From assembly GCF_964355755.1 (NCBI RefSeq), contig NC_092671.1:12462001-12526000 (forward strand): 64,000 nucleotides of DNA. The letters run 5' to 3'. The notes beneath the pieces are model-generated. The model was not told the DNA's origin and ran no database searches. It saw only the letters and a list, made by a program, of their open reading frames with translations. Each line of letters starts with the position of its first letter. The stretch's first letter is position 1. Shown here one piece after another: positions 13,901 through 28,900 of this stretch. Source of the stretch: Antedon mediterranea. Lineage: Eukaryota > Animalia > Echinodermata. The position numbers and the translations under genes were made by a program.

Positions 13901-16900
13901 ACGCCATGTGACCCACATTCGTCCAATCAAATGACAGGAATTTATTTAGGTGTTATATAATATACAATATTGTATAATCATAACTAGAAATACAGTTATA
14001 TATGGTTTGTAATTTAGTTCTGTGAAAATGCATCAGTATTGATTATTTAAAACCAAAAAAATGCTGTAATTCAATACAAATTAACTAGTATAATATGTTA
14101 CTTATTTTTCAACATCATTCTAGCATAATTGTACACTAAAAATTGTAATATTTATGTCGATAATTCTGACGTAAAGTATTGATTATTCAAAAGTAAAAAC
14201 ATTGTAATTTGATACAAATTATACAACGCATTATTTTGACTTATTTTAATATAAATTGCAAATTTGTTTCTACATGATGATGCTGCCATTTTAAAAATAA
14301 CTTTTTATGATGATTATAATTTTTGTTCCTTTAAATCAATATATTTTGTTTTATAGGGATATATGAAAACAATGAAGGAGGGATTACTACCACCGGATAT
14401 GGAAGCAGGAAAAATGAAGATTGTCTTTGGTAATATACACCAAATTTATGATTGGCACAGAGAGTAAGTATCGTGTAATGTGGGTTCTGTATCATATGAA
14501 TAGACACGTACCTAAATTAGTATCTGTATTAATAATAGCATAATTACTAATTCTTGGTTTTTGTTAACACGATAATTAATTTTTCAGAACATTCGCAAAA
14601 GAAATTGAAAAATGTATAGAAGAACCTGAACTATTAGGAATGCTGTTTAAGAAATATGTAAGTTAATTTAAGTAATGTTTTCTTCTTGAAAATAATAATT
14701 ATGAAATGCTTTTAAAGCTTTTACATTAAAATTAATAATCACTTGGAACATGAAAAATTACTTTAAATGAATTTTTCTTTAATAATATTTGTATGCATAC
14801 CCTACTTTATAGTATTTATATTTATTTCAATCGATGTTTTTCTAAATATCTCTCATGAATATTCATACCATTTGTTTATATCATGAATATTCATACCATT
14901 TGTTTATATCATGAATATTCATGCTATTTGTTATCCCATCAGAGAAGAGTTCTCTGATCTCATGTACATTCAATTTTTTTATATCATGCATTTTCATACA
15001 ATTATTGATCATGCATTATTATATACACTTAATCTACCTTTCTGCACTTAGTAGGCCTAGGAATATGTTTAGGTTGTTGACATAATTCACAGTAGGTGTG
15101 TTATAAAACAAATAATGAATGTTTGTATTGGATGGTAGAGAACATTTCATTACTATGATATGAAAGATAGACTGCTATTTTTAACTTGACTGCCACCTCG
15201 TTAAATATGACTGTCAATCTTTTAACTCATGAGATATTCTATTATTTTTCCGACCTTAGTAAGTATTTGCATAATAACTCATCACATACAGTTTTGAATT
15301 ATTTATGTGATATTAAATATTTACACTTATTGTTTATGTTTTATGTTCACAGGAGCGACGTCTTCAAATGTACGTTGTTTACTGCCAAAACAAACCAAAA
15401 TCTGAGTACATAGTATCAGAATATGAGTCGTTCTTTGAAGAGTTACGAGTGAAACTAGGACACAAGTTAAATTTGGCAGATCTGCTCATCAAACCAGTTC
15501 AAAGGATTATGAAATATCAACTCATCTTAAAGGTAATTTGATGCCAGTATCCTTTCAAATCAGAATTGGCAAAAATTGAACAAGAAATTAAGAATTAGAT
15601 TTTAAAACTGTGTCTTTTCTGGTTATTACTCGACTTTTTTCTGTTTACAGGATATATTGAAGCAAACAAAGAAAGCAAATTTAGATACTAAAGATCTTGA
15701 GGTAAGTGTTCTATATTCATGTTAAGTTTGTATGATGATTGTTCATTTAAATTAGTGCAATGAATATTCATTTAAATGAGTTAAACAAATATTTGTATTA
15801 ATAATAATGCAATGAATATTCATTGATATTAGTGCAAACAATATTCATCTAAATTAGTGCAAATAATAACGTACAGTATAAAACTGCAATGTACATGTTT
15901 ATTTAAAAATTAGTGCAATGAATATTGATTTATATTATTTCAACGAATATTCATTTAAATTAAGACAATGCATATTCATTAATATTAATGCTGTGAATAT
16001 TTATTTAAATTAATGCAATGCATATTCATTAATATTAATGCTATAAATATTTATTTACATTATTGCAATGAATATTCATTTATTTTAGTGCAAACAATAT
16101 TCATTTAAATTAGTGCAAATAATAATGTACAGTAGTGGAGCTGTAGCTTGGTGCTTGCCATCCAATTAGAAGGTCCCGGGTTCAATCCTGACCTAGTGCA
16201 GGGTTGTAACTCATGACTCTTTCAACTCCACTCGCTAAGCCTCAAATGAGACATAGTTTATAAGCACGATAAATTATTATATAGTTTATCTATCCTGTAA
16301 TTGGCGAGTTACTCGCTGTTGGATGAGTATGAAATTTAAAAACAAATTTTTTAAATGCAATGCACAACATCACCCTAATAACAGAACCAACCTGCAATAA
16401 AGTCTTTGAATTCTGTTTGTTTTAAAGATTTGTATTCTTAAATTTTCTGTAGGATGCGGTTGCAATAATGTGTGTAGTACCTAAACGAGCCAACGATATG
16501 ATGGCAATAGGACGATTACAAGGATGGGATGTAAGTAGTTGTAATCTTCTTTCAGTTCATAGTGGTTCATGATGACATAAGAGTTCGTCTAAATCGATTG
16601 TGGCAACCTGAACACTTGCCAAAAGTGTATACTGTACGATACACATTTTTCACATTGCTTAACTTGATTTTATACTACCGAATGAAAGCAGAATATGTAT
16701 GTCCACGTTTTGCATGGGAAACAAGCCTAATGTCTATTATTGATGCTATCAGGTCAAACATACTGTAGATAACACACATTTATACAATTGAACCACTTTT
16801 TGATTTGACAGGGTAAGATAAATGCACAAGGAAAGCTTTTGTTCCAAGACACAGTGTTGGTGTCAGAAGGTGCCGGCACCGTCAAGTGGAAAGAACGAAG

Positions 16901-19900
16901 GGTGTTTATGTTTGAACAAATTATCATCTTTAGTGAACCATTGGAAAAGAAGAAAGGGTTTAGTAATCCAGGATACATTTTCAAAAACAGTGCCAAGGTT
17001 TGAATATACTTCTTTAACAGCTAAGTTTTGTAGTTTATTTTATTGGAATATTTCATTTTGAGATTTATACTGTATACATGAAAGTGACTTCTGCTGACTT
17101 ATCATTGTCACATGTTTACCAACAAATCTTGCTGCCTATGACTGGCTTCTGTCGTTAAGGGGAACTAGCTATAGAAAGTATAATAAAACAGTTTTCTCAA
17201 ACTACAGTAAATAGACACCAAGCTATTATTCACTGTTTATTTTCACTTCATTTCAGTATTCATATTCTTCATAATCATAATATTGATATAAACGTTATTC
17301 CATTTCAAAGTACTACATGTGAATTTTGAAGATATTTAAATAATAATGGTGATGATAAATGCTATTAGTCATGTTGATTGTTTTGTTCGAATGAATCAGC
17401 AACTTTTTTGTCTTTGTAGATAAACACAATGTCATTATCAGATCAAGAAGATGATCCTGTGAAATTTGGTTTACGAGTAAGAACACAGGGAGGAACAGAA
17501 ACATTTTCAATTCAAGCTAGTTCTCCTGAAATGAAACAAGCCTGGATTCAGAATGTACGCCAAGTCCTGGATCAACAGTCAAATTTTCTTAGAGGTAAAG
17601 TGTCTGAACCCATCTTGTCTATTTTCTCATTGACATCACAGACTAGTACTCTGGTATGATCTTCTCTCACAGCTTATACAATAGCAAACACTACCTTGAT
17701 GAATTGATACTGTGACTACATCAAGTTTGCTACAATATTAGCTTGTGTTAGTTTTATAAAGTACTAAGTTTGAAATCCAATCCAATATCATTGGAATACA
17801 TGAATTTTGTTTTTCTTTAATAATCTAATAACCGATCTAGTTACTCACTATTTAAAACTACAGTGAGTCAATACATAAAATGAAAAATTCATGTTCTCAA
17901 TCTATCCTATAGCATACTGTGCATTGTTCACCATATAGTACACAAATGCACTGAATATAATATTGGAATGTTTGTATTTTGTATCTTACAGCCATTCAAT
18001 CACCAATAGAATATCAGAAAGAATTAGAATCAAGTAGTCCATCAAATAAATTTGGGTAAGTTGATGTTGAGTATATGATAGAGTTTGCACAATATTGTTC
18101 ATGACCACTTTAATTTCCTGTACCTAAAATTGTACAATTAACAACTCAAATGAGAAGTCCTTTATTATATAACACCACAAAACCAATGAGCTTCAAGCTT
18201 TTTCTACAATTCCTAAAATCTAAATGGGCTACCACAACTTGTATGATCCACAGAAACACTGGAAACTTTTAAATCACGGCTCAAAACACATTGATCAACT
18301 CAATTTAACCTTCTTTCTCCTGTTTCCAGTTTCTTTGACTTAGGAGAGTACCAGAAGGGAGTATTGCGGAAGCGTATTTATTCAGTGTATACACTATTCC
18401 ATTTACACACTTCCATTCACATCCATTTTTTGTTCCAATTAGCCTCCATTGATAAACTAATCCACCCACCCGTTATTGTTGTATCAAGTAAGTTTGTTGA
18501 AGTACCATGTAGTCTGATAGAGTATGGGGCTTGCCATAGACATCTCATACAAAAAAAAGATTTTCATATATGCTTGATCTGCTTATTATTTTATTATTTT
18601 TCTAGTTACTCTTCACCAACAAAGTCTTGTAAGGATGTCAAAAAAGGAAATTTTTTTAAACTACGTAAATCGCACAGTAGTCAAGGAGCCAAGGAAAATG
18701 AAGAAGTGTCAGATGACATAAACACAACTCAACATTCTAGTTTGAAACGTGAACGACGCAAACATACTACCGCCCCCGCTGCAATATCAGTTTTTGAATT
18801 AAAGGATAAAGAACACTTAGAAGTGCCGAAAAAGGACTGTCCTAGATCGCCAGATGTTGGTACATTTGATCAGTCACCTTCTATACGCAAGAAATTCTTT
18901 GATGGCTTTATGTTTTGGTCAAAATCAAAAGAGAACTCACCAGTAGGATCAAAAGAAAGTTTAAAATCCAGAGGATCTGGTGATTCTCAATATAAAGAGG
19001 TTTTATCATCGAAAGAGAGTCTGGGAAAGGGGAGCAGTAAGTCGCCATCCCCAATCTCAAGTCACTCTGATATTGGTGCTCAACAAGAGATTCCAGTCAA
19101 TAATAATAAGCCATCTAGGATTCCGGTTCCGAAAGGTCATGTATCACGAAGCGACAGTCCAACAAAAACTGCTAAGACACAGCGAGGCTCCGGGCCAATG
19201 TTAGTTGAATCTAGTAATCATAGTTTAAATGGATCACCCATTGAGCATCGGAGTCGGTCCAATTCAAAGGAAAGTGGAATTCCTATTTCATGCAAATCTT
19301 CACCACGTAGTGATATAGTATCCTTGAGACTGAAGGAGGTGCAAATCCAGGAGGCAGATAATCAAATTAAACAAAACCGTTCCAGCTATACATCGGCAAC
19401 CAGTTCAGAAGGAGGGGTCTTTGATAATGTGAGTACAAGAAACTTTTACACTGTGACAATATAATGTTGTCTTTAGTTTACAGTTAAAACTTTGATGAAT
19501 ATTAAAGCAAAGTGCCTACCATGCATGCACCAGGATAAAATTATCATTTCTTAATTAATTTATAGTAGTAGTTTTCGAATTCACAATATTCAGCTTTTTA
19601 CTAAATAATATATTTTGATTCCTCCATTTCAAATAAACCTTTTTTTTATTATATTTTTTTTTTCCTCCTTTAATTGTTTCCTATCTTTATTTCACCCTAA
19701 ATTAATTAAAATGTTAAACTTGACAGCAAAAACTTATTGTACTGGCAGAGGTAAATCTTTCGTTCAATTAAAATTGTGTTATATCCAAGTACCAAGGGAG
19801 GTACAATATGTTATTGTTTTACTGTATTAATACATTTAAATATATTTAACAGATTGATAATTCACCATGTCTGGCATCCGTTATCACCACATATAATGCT

Positions 19901-22900
19901 GTCAAAGAAGACGAAATAAGTATTGCCAAAGGAGAAACAGTACAGATACTTGCTGCCAACCAGCATGACATGTTCTTAGTTCACCGGGCAGCCAACGAAG
20001 TGTCACCAGCTGCAGAAGGTTGGATACCGGCACATGTACTTGGAACGACACGTGAACAACTTCAGGCCGAAAGCTGTAATAAGTAAGAACAATTGCAATG
20101 CCTTGCTTTCAACATTTCAACTCATCTCTGATGAATACTTAATTCTTTTATACTGCCGATATGGGATTAAGCATTGGTGATGGATAGTAGTGCATTTACA
20201 CAGGTTTTTGAGGCTTTAACATGTTCACTGCCAAACTTTTTTCTCCTACATCCATTTTTTAAAAAGAATTAAGGGTAATCCTATGATTAAAATTATCATT
20301 AGTGCTTTATTAGCTGTATTGATGAACAATACATGTTATTGGAACATACTTAGCACACCTAACTTGTGTTCTTAATCCTGTGGAAACATTTTCTTAGATT
20401 CTTTTAAAACTAAGCATGTTTATGTGGTATCCTCTACATGACCATTTCCTTAAAATTCCTGGTGTAATGGCTAAGGTCCCTTGGCAGTTAGTGTGTTAAT
20501 TTTACTCAGTGCATCTTTAAATATCTAACCAGCTTTGACACTGTAAACATAGAAGGTTGACCTAACATTTTAAATGGCACATTACAGGCACAATTGTTTT
20601 TAAAATTGCTGGATTAGTTTTAGAGGTTGGCTAAAATATTGTCTAATAAAAACTAAATCTAATAATGTTTTAATTGGTTGAAAGAAAAACTAAATTTTAC
20701 TAACTTTATTATATTGTAGTTTTATGATGCTAACCTGTAATCACTTAATAATCATAATTCAATTTTCAAAATAGTCACAATTGTTTTCAACACCATTAAA
20801 ATTATTTTTTCAAACCAATTCAGAAATCATGAATTAATTTTACATCGTTATTCCTAGTTTATCATAGCTTAATCAACACTAAATATGCCCTCAATGCATT
20901 TTGTTTATTTTAGTGTCATTTTGAATTAAGTTTTGTAAATAAAAATGTATTGAATTTTAATTAAATACAAATTAAAAGAGTTTCATCCAGCATCATTTGT
21001 TATCAATTCTTAATGCTAACATTTGTATAATTTTTAATCACCTAAGAAAATTAGTCTTTCAACAGTATTAAATCATACAGTCATTGACATGGTCAAAGTT
21101 CAACAAGTTAGTGTGGTTACAAACACAATCTGAAATATACTATGTATGTTTCTCTTTACATTTTATTCAAAACTTGTTTTGCATTTCTTCGTAAGTTGGA
21201 CCTTTTGCTTATATTAAATTTCACAAAGCTACGCATTACATAAAATATGTTTTAAATATTTTAATAAATTAATTTTTTACATTTAATATCTATGCAGGTT
21301 AAAAACTAAGTATTCTTTCTCTCGTTTTCTTACAGCATTTGTATCTTCAATATTCTTTTTTATAGTACTTGCCAAAATGATTAGACATAGCCATATTAAT
21401 TAGTGCAACACAAAACTAGTGCCAGATTTCTGTATTCAAATTAACAACACTGTGTTCAAATTAACAAATACACTGCATTCAAATTAACAATAACACTGTG
21501 TTCAAATAACAACACTGCATTCAAATTAACAACACTGCATTCAAACAACACTGCGTTTTAAGTTGAATCTGGTCGTTTTGGGAATATTATCTGGTTAATT
21601 GTTTGCTCATTAACTAAAATTGTCCTATGTTACTTAGGGACGGTACTTAAAACTAGTTTGATTAGCCATATTTATGTTGCTTTTAATTAAGTTATCAATA
21701 TAAAGGGTACTATTAAATCAATATGCCATATTGGTAGTAGAAATGGCGTTGATAGATTGTACATAGTTACACATTACACACAACACTAAAGTTGCCAAGT
21801 ACAATTTAAACCTTACACAATTTTGGTTTTATTATTACTTAAAATTTTGTTTTTCTTGAAATAAAATTTTCAATTATTGAACAGTTTATCATAGTACATA
21901 TCAAACTTCACAGTGTGTATTTTATAAGTCTTTTTTATAAGCTATGTTAGAACTATATTATCTGTTTCATATATACATGTAAATAGTTTTTACTCTCTGG
22001 GGTTTTGTGTTAAAATTGTATATATTACTTATCGTGAGAGTAGAGATCTTTTTATTGTAGTTTGTATTCAACTTGGTCAAAATTTGTGCAATGAGCATTA
22101 TATCTTGATAATTATGTCAAATATACCATGTTTAAATTATTTATCAATCTTAAATAATTGTTTTAATCGATGTACAAATAAACGATCAAAAGATTAGTGA
22201 ATTCAAACTAAAATGTTCATACATACCTCATTAACATACAACATTGTTATAAGTTTAGTTAAATTATTAAAATTGTATTTATTTTATAAAAAAAAAACAT
22301 TCATAGATGTATAAAAAATAGGTAAGTAAGATCTTTTAATTTATTGAATTCTCTGTACTGTATCTCTACATGGGGCAATATTTGTCCAGTATCTGTAATA
22401 CAGTGGTTAGGTCATGGAGGTAACAATGTTTTCTTCCACGGTTAGATTAGGCTTATGTCCTACGATACAGCCTTCACATTTGATGCATATGCAAAACTGT
22501 ATTACATAATTCCTCTATGATACTGGACAAACTATAGATACAGTACCTAGGATACGCTATTTATTGACACTTGGTTAAACTTTCTGAAGTTGGTGTGAAC
22601 ATTCTTTACAAAGTTTATATATACGACGTGGATATATATTTCTATCCTGATGTGTACTGTAAAATTGACTAGTGTGTTAATGTAGATAAAATGTTTTTCT
22701 TTATTTACTAATTGTTTATGTTTACAATTTAAAACTAGATAATATATATTACATTGGATATGTTGGCCTATGTAAAGTCTACTTAATTACAACCTCAGAT
22801 TAAATTTAGAAAAAATGTCTACTAAAACATGAAAATGATTTTTTAACAAAGTTTCTGGTAGATTCATTTTTATTATAGAATTATTTTTCTTAATAAGAAA

Positions 22901-25900
22901 TATTACATTTTCGGAAAAGTGGACAATAGAATGTTTCACAATAAACTGTGGTGAAAATAGTGATATTTAAAAAAGATATATCAGATTATCTTATTAGGAT
23001 ACAATTTTTAATATTAGATGAATTTTAAGGGACACTTCAATTTTCCTTTTTGGCTAAAGTACTATTTCTAATAAAATAAATCACTGTATTCTTTCAGTCT
23101 TGACTAGAATGATCCAAATACCTATTAGTAAGTTACAGTATTTCTAGGAATCCAAATTCAATTCTAGCTTCTAGGAGATCACATGACCAAACAATAAGAA
23201 ACGTTTATTTAGCACGAGGAAGCATCACGAGGAATCATCAAGGAACTACCCTAAAATTAATGATTTATATCATTGTTAGGTGGTTACTCAACTGTGGAAA
23301 ATTTATTTTACCAGAAATTGTTTGTGTGGCTTTAACTAGAAACAGTCTGAACCACTATGTTTAAGATAGGTAAAGGTCATTACAATCAAATTGACTTTTA
23401 GCAATTTAAACTAAACTAAATTGCAACAAATATTTTCCTCTTCTAATATTTAAGAGACTATTCACCAAAACATTGAACTTTAAATATAGTTTAAAACTAT
23501 ACTAAAGAAAATAATACATACATTTTTAACAGAAGTGAGAGAGGTTTAAAAACAAATAATTTTCAAAAAGGTTTCGTACTTTAAAATATAATGAGGTTGT
23601 AGTTACGGTACCTAGCTAATGGTTACATGTCCTGTAACCTTTGACATAATATTTGATGAATATGTATATTGTAGTTTACACATTTCACGTCAAAGAAATG
23701 GTTTAAAGTTATCATATATTGTAGATTGTATATAAATAATCTGATACAGGTACTATTATTATTAATATACAGTGTATATGATGAGCACCAAAACTATAGG
23801 TAAATGTGTATTTATGCAAATAAAGTGAACAGACTATCAACCTATATATTGTAGCACTATCCATTCTGTTTAAAATCAAGTTGCCGAAGAATATGTAATA
23901 TAGGCCTACATAGATAAACTGCCAAAGCAAATGAGAAATATTGCCAATATAAAAAAGAAATATAAGAAAAACTAATTTCTGGATTCTAGGATTCACTATT
24001 ACTATAACAGACAATTTAAGTAACATTTCAAAGTTACAATTTTTATTGTGACAAGTTGAAGAAAAAAGAAGATGTATTCACCAAGACTTTGAAATTTCTG
24101 TCATTCTTCAAGATGTGTCAACTGAAACATTGTTTGTGAAAATTCAGATTTCAATTCCATTTCTGACCAGTGCATGCTGAAGAAAGTTTGTAGTATATGT
24201 TGTGGTCTTTACTTCATAATAACAATTAATGTACCTTATTATAAATTGCTTAAAATGGTCTTTACATGGAGATCTGTAACGCAGTAACAGTTATAACATA
24301 GATTAGAACAATTTTAATAATAATAATAATAAGCTTATGTTTAACTTTTATGATTTTTTTTTTATATTTTTACATCGTAAAAGGTAACTATATAAATGAA
24401 TATTCTGAATTAGTTTTCAAATTATGTAGAATGTTGTTATGAAAAAAAAATCATAAAAATACCCCAAAATTGCATTATTTATGTTTCAATGGATTTGAAT
24501 TTCAAATATTTGTGCATTTTAATTAAATTTGATATGTATTATTTTGCTAAATACATTACCTGTTCAGAATTTTCATTTCTTTAATGATAAACGTTAGTAC
24601 ATTAATTCAATTCAAGTCATGTTAGATTGCATGTATTAGTATACAAATATTTCATGTATTTTTTAATGTAAATATTACTCATATTAATCTACAAGATTGT
24701 CATTTGTGCTTATTTAAAAAGAAAATACTTTGCATGTTGTGACAATAATTTCTGTTAAATATTAACTTGAAATTGAGATGTGTAATGACTTTGTAATTCT
24801 TTCAATATTGTTCTTTGTTTTTTAAGTGTTTTGGGTTTTCACCAATGTTGCATGCATGAGACTTCTATTACAGAATGAGGTTACCACCAACTTCTGAATC
24901 ATAATTTGTCATTATCTTAAATCATAATTGTCTACACATTTATTTCAGCATCATTTCTTCCTTTCCACTTCACTTTATCGTCACAACAGCAATATATGTA
25001 CTTTTGTATTAACAATATAAAGCTATCATTGATTCATTTGAACTTCAACCCCTTCTCTTCCTTTATTCTCTATGTTATGTGGTGTATTGCTAGATTACTA
25101 ATAAAAACATTTTTGTGTGAGTCTGTTATACTAATATGTAAGAACATTTACAACATTTCCAATCTGTGAATTTTCAATAAATATTAAATTATTATTCTTA
25201 TTTTAATATACCAGATATTTATTAGTAAATACTAGTAATATTTCTTTTATTTTTGTTAGGTCATGGCATGGTTCATCTGATTTCTTCGAGTCTCTAACAT
25301 TATCAGAAGAGATTGAAGTTGTAACACCAACCAGCAGGAAAGTATCTGAAAGTAGTCGCGATTCAAACAAAGTTTCATTACAGGTAAGAAAATTAAAGTG
25401 CTGATAATATTTTCAAAATTGTAATAAACCAGTCAATTTGATATTGATTATGATACAATTGAGACTAATGTTGATGATGATAATGAAGAAATCAGATTTA
25501 TAAGTATCAAAGAAATTAATCTTAGACAATTATCTCCTTTTTTTCAGTTGCTGAATCCTAACTTTCTTTATGAAGGTAAGTCATAAAGTTGTTATTTTGC
25601 TGTTATAATAGAAAATCCTTTTTTGCAGTGTCACCTTTCAGTACCAAACAAGTGCCCTCTTAATAGCCATTAAGTTTTTAAAATGTTTTACCTCAATTTT
25701 AAATCCGAAATCTTCAATGGATGTTCTCTGAATAGAGAGGTGTCCCAATTTGAGTTTCTATTATATGATATCATTGGCAAGTATCCACAATATGTGCCAA
25801 TTGCCCAGCATTTCACTTTCACCGTATTGCATATTAAATTTACTCCAGATGTTGTGTTTTGTGTTTGAATTACCATTCATCATAATAACTATGGGATATA

Positions 25901-28900
25901 ATTAATTCATGTTGTGATTTCTCTTTTGTTAGCTGCCCCAGAATTTGTTATTCCACCATTTAACCAATGTGCGGTAGAAGGGTCAGTTGCATCTTTCACG
26001 TGTCAAGTAACTGGTCGACCTGCACCTACACTCACCTGGAAAGGTCCGGACAATTCAGTACTTCATCAGAACTTCAGAACACGAATGTTTGAACTTCATG
26101 ATGGGCTAGCTGGACTAGAAATTATTGGATGTACATTTGAAGATCGTGGCAAATATACATGTTTTGCTAATAATGATGTTGGATCAAAATCGTTAAGTGC
26201 AATTTTATCAGTTAAAGGTAAGTTTGTGTGATGATATTAATACTGCATTATTAAATGAAATACAGTATTAAAAGCATTTCCAATACAACAATATCTTGAG
26301 AAAATTTTACAATTTTTTAAGTGTAGATTGTTAAATTTTGTATTTTGGTTTTAAACAGGTAAACCAGGTTCACCAAGTATACCAACAATCCATGATAAAA
26401 CACCGACATCCGTAGAAGTTAGGTGGCAACCGCCAGAACATACTGGTAACTGTTCAATCACAGCATATACAGTTGAATGTGCACAAAAAGGTAGTATTGT
26501 TATATTGACTTTAATTTGTATAAGAGCACAATAAATTTATGTATGTTAATGGGGTTTTTTTTTGTGAATGGAAATAAAGAAACAAACAAACAAACAAATA
26601 ACAATGAAACTGATATAAATTTTAATATCATGTTCTGAATAAAAGTGGTCACTGAGAATAAGTTAATACTAAAATGTTATTATCTTCAGGATTAAATACA
26701 GTAAAATGGGAAGTTGTAGCTGTGTATGTGGTAGACCTTTTATATCATGTGGAAGGATTGACTCCAAGTGGAATGTACGTATTCCGTATCAGTGCCAATA
26801 ACGAGGTTGGCATAAGTTTACCAAGTGAGCCATCAGAAACAGTTGTTCTTCCTGAGATGATTGGACCAGTGTCTAACACAACTGGACTTGTGACCCTCTG
26901 GAGAACGGACTTTGAAGAGAACTTTATACTTCTTGGAGAACTCGGAAGGTAAGCAGATTATTCTGATGTTTAAAATTAATGATGTAAGTTAATTTTATCA
27001 TCTTTCCATGGTTAGTTTAAAATCAAGTTCTTTTTTATAAGTGTTTGGGGTTTTTTCATTTTCAGAGGGCGCTTTTCTGTAGTGAGGATGTGCAGTGACC
27101 GTGTCAATCAAAGAGATGTGGCGGCAAAGTTTATTACCAAGAAGCTAATGTGTAAAGATCAGGTTGAGAGTGAGATGGCTATTCTAAGAAGTATTCTTCA
27201 CCCCTCCATTGTACCATTTATTAGTTGTTTTGAATCAACTCAGATGTTGATACTTATACTTGATCTGTAAGTACTTTCAAGATTCTAGTAAAGACTTTAA
27301 CTAAAAATATTTAATTAGACCAGGCCTGATAAACATTACATATTACACATGACACCTGTCGTTGCGTTTGCTCTTTTCATACCTTGCTGTATGTTTGTCT
27401 TTTAGGGTACCAAACGGTCGTCTGTTTGATTTTATTGTAAAGTTACCTGTATACAGTGAGCGACAAGCTGTCAGCTACCTTCAACAGGTTTTAGAAGCAT
27501 TGCTGTACTTGCATACTTGTCGGATAGCTCACCTAGATATCAAGGTAAGTATTTATTACGTAAAACTTTGGAAAGAAGCCAGTTATTATATTTTGATAGA
27601 AACCTTACTGTCAGTAGAAAAACTTCCTCAGTAGTCAGTCCTACATTTATAGTATACAAATATATTTTGGATAGGTGCACCCAAAATACTACTACAGTAT
27701 TCACTGAGTGGTTCAGCAGAGCCTCTTTAACACAATTTCAAAATGTTCACAAAAAAACTGAACATTCATGCCAGATTATGCAGACATGCCAACATTCTGA
27801 AATAGCCAATGAACTACAATACTGTACTACTTTCTAACCTGTTGGATCATCAGTTTTTTTGGAGAAAAGTATAATTTATTATATCTATTTCAGCCTGAAA
27901 ACATTCTAGTAGACCTTAGCAGTATGAGCCCAGTATTGAAGCTGATTGACTTTGGTGATTCCATCCATATTGATCACAAGAATTACATTCATACATTACA
28001 AGGAAGTCCAGAGTTTGCTGCACCTGAACTAATTAACAAGTTTTATGTTGATGTCAATACAGATATGTGGTTAGTACTGTATACCTTTCTCTAATGTTTA
28101 AGACCTTCCACCCTCAGTGTTTCTTTCTGATCAGGTGCCGTTAAAAGCATCTGCTGATTTATCTATCAATGCATACTACCTAAAGTGTCGAGGGCCTATA
28201 AATTGTAAACCTTTCTTTTGCATTGCAATGTCTGAAATTTAGCCCTCGAATCCACCTATGTGTGTACCATATCATTGGTTCAGAGGGTTGATTCTCTTCC
28301 TTTTTATGGTATTCTGCTCTCTAAAAAGTCTGCAAGATTGTGAAAAACCCTTATTGTAAATACATACAATACAGCCTAACAATTTCACTTAATGTCTCCA
28401 AAAGCTGACATGGTTTTCAGAATTTCTTAAGAACAGAATTTGGTTTTTAAGGTGTTCTCAAAGAAATTTTCAATAATCCTCCACCTTATTAATATTAGAT
28501 TGTAAATGACTAATACAGTTTTTTAATTTGATCCTTTTTAGGAGTTTTGGTGTGCTGACATATGTTATGTAAGTTCATGAATTTGTTTTATTATTTAATG
28601 TGGTAAATATTATGTACACTTTACATAGTAAGTAATTTTTCTTTGATTATTATTTTGCTTACAATTATTCTGTTTTATTAGGTTGAGTGGTGTATCTCCT
28701 TTCCTTGATGACAGTGTTGAAGAAACCTGCCTCAACGTAACAAAAGTCGACTATTGTTTTCCTGACGAATATTTTACCAATGTCAGTGGCATAGCAAAAG
28801 AGTTCATCTCATCGTTACTTCTTCTGGAAATAAAGTAATCATTCTTTTTTTATAACATACAGTAAAACTTCTCGTTTGAAGCACCCCTAATTCAAAGGGA

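Noticed and set aside
18364-18605. N-terminal 80 aa of the 366-aa ORF
   Set aside because: Intronic read-through upstream of the polypyrimidine tract and acceptor at 18604-18605; the real exon starts at 18606.
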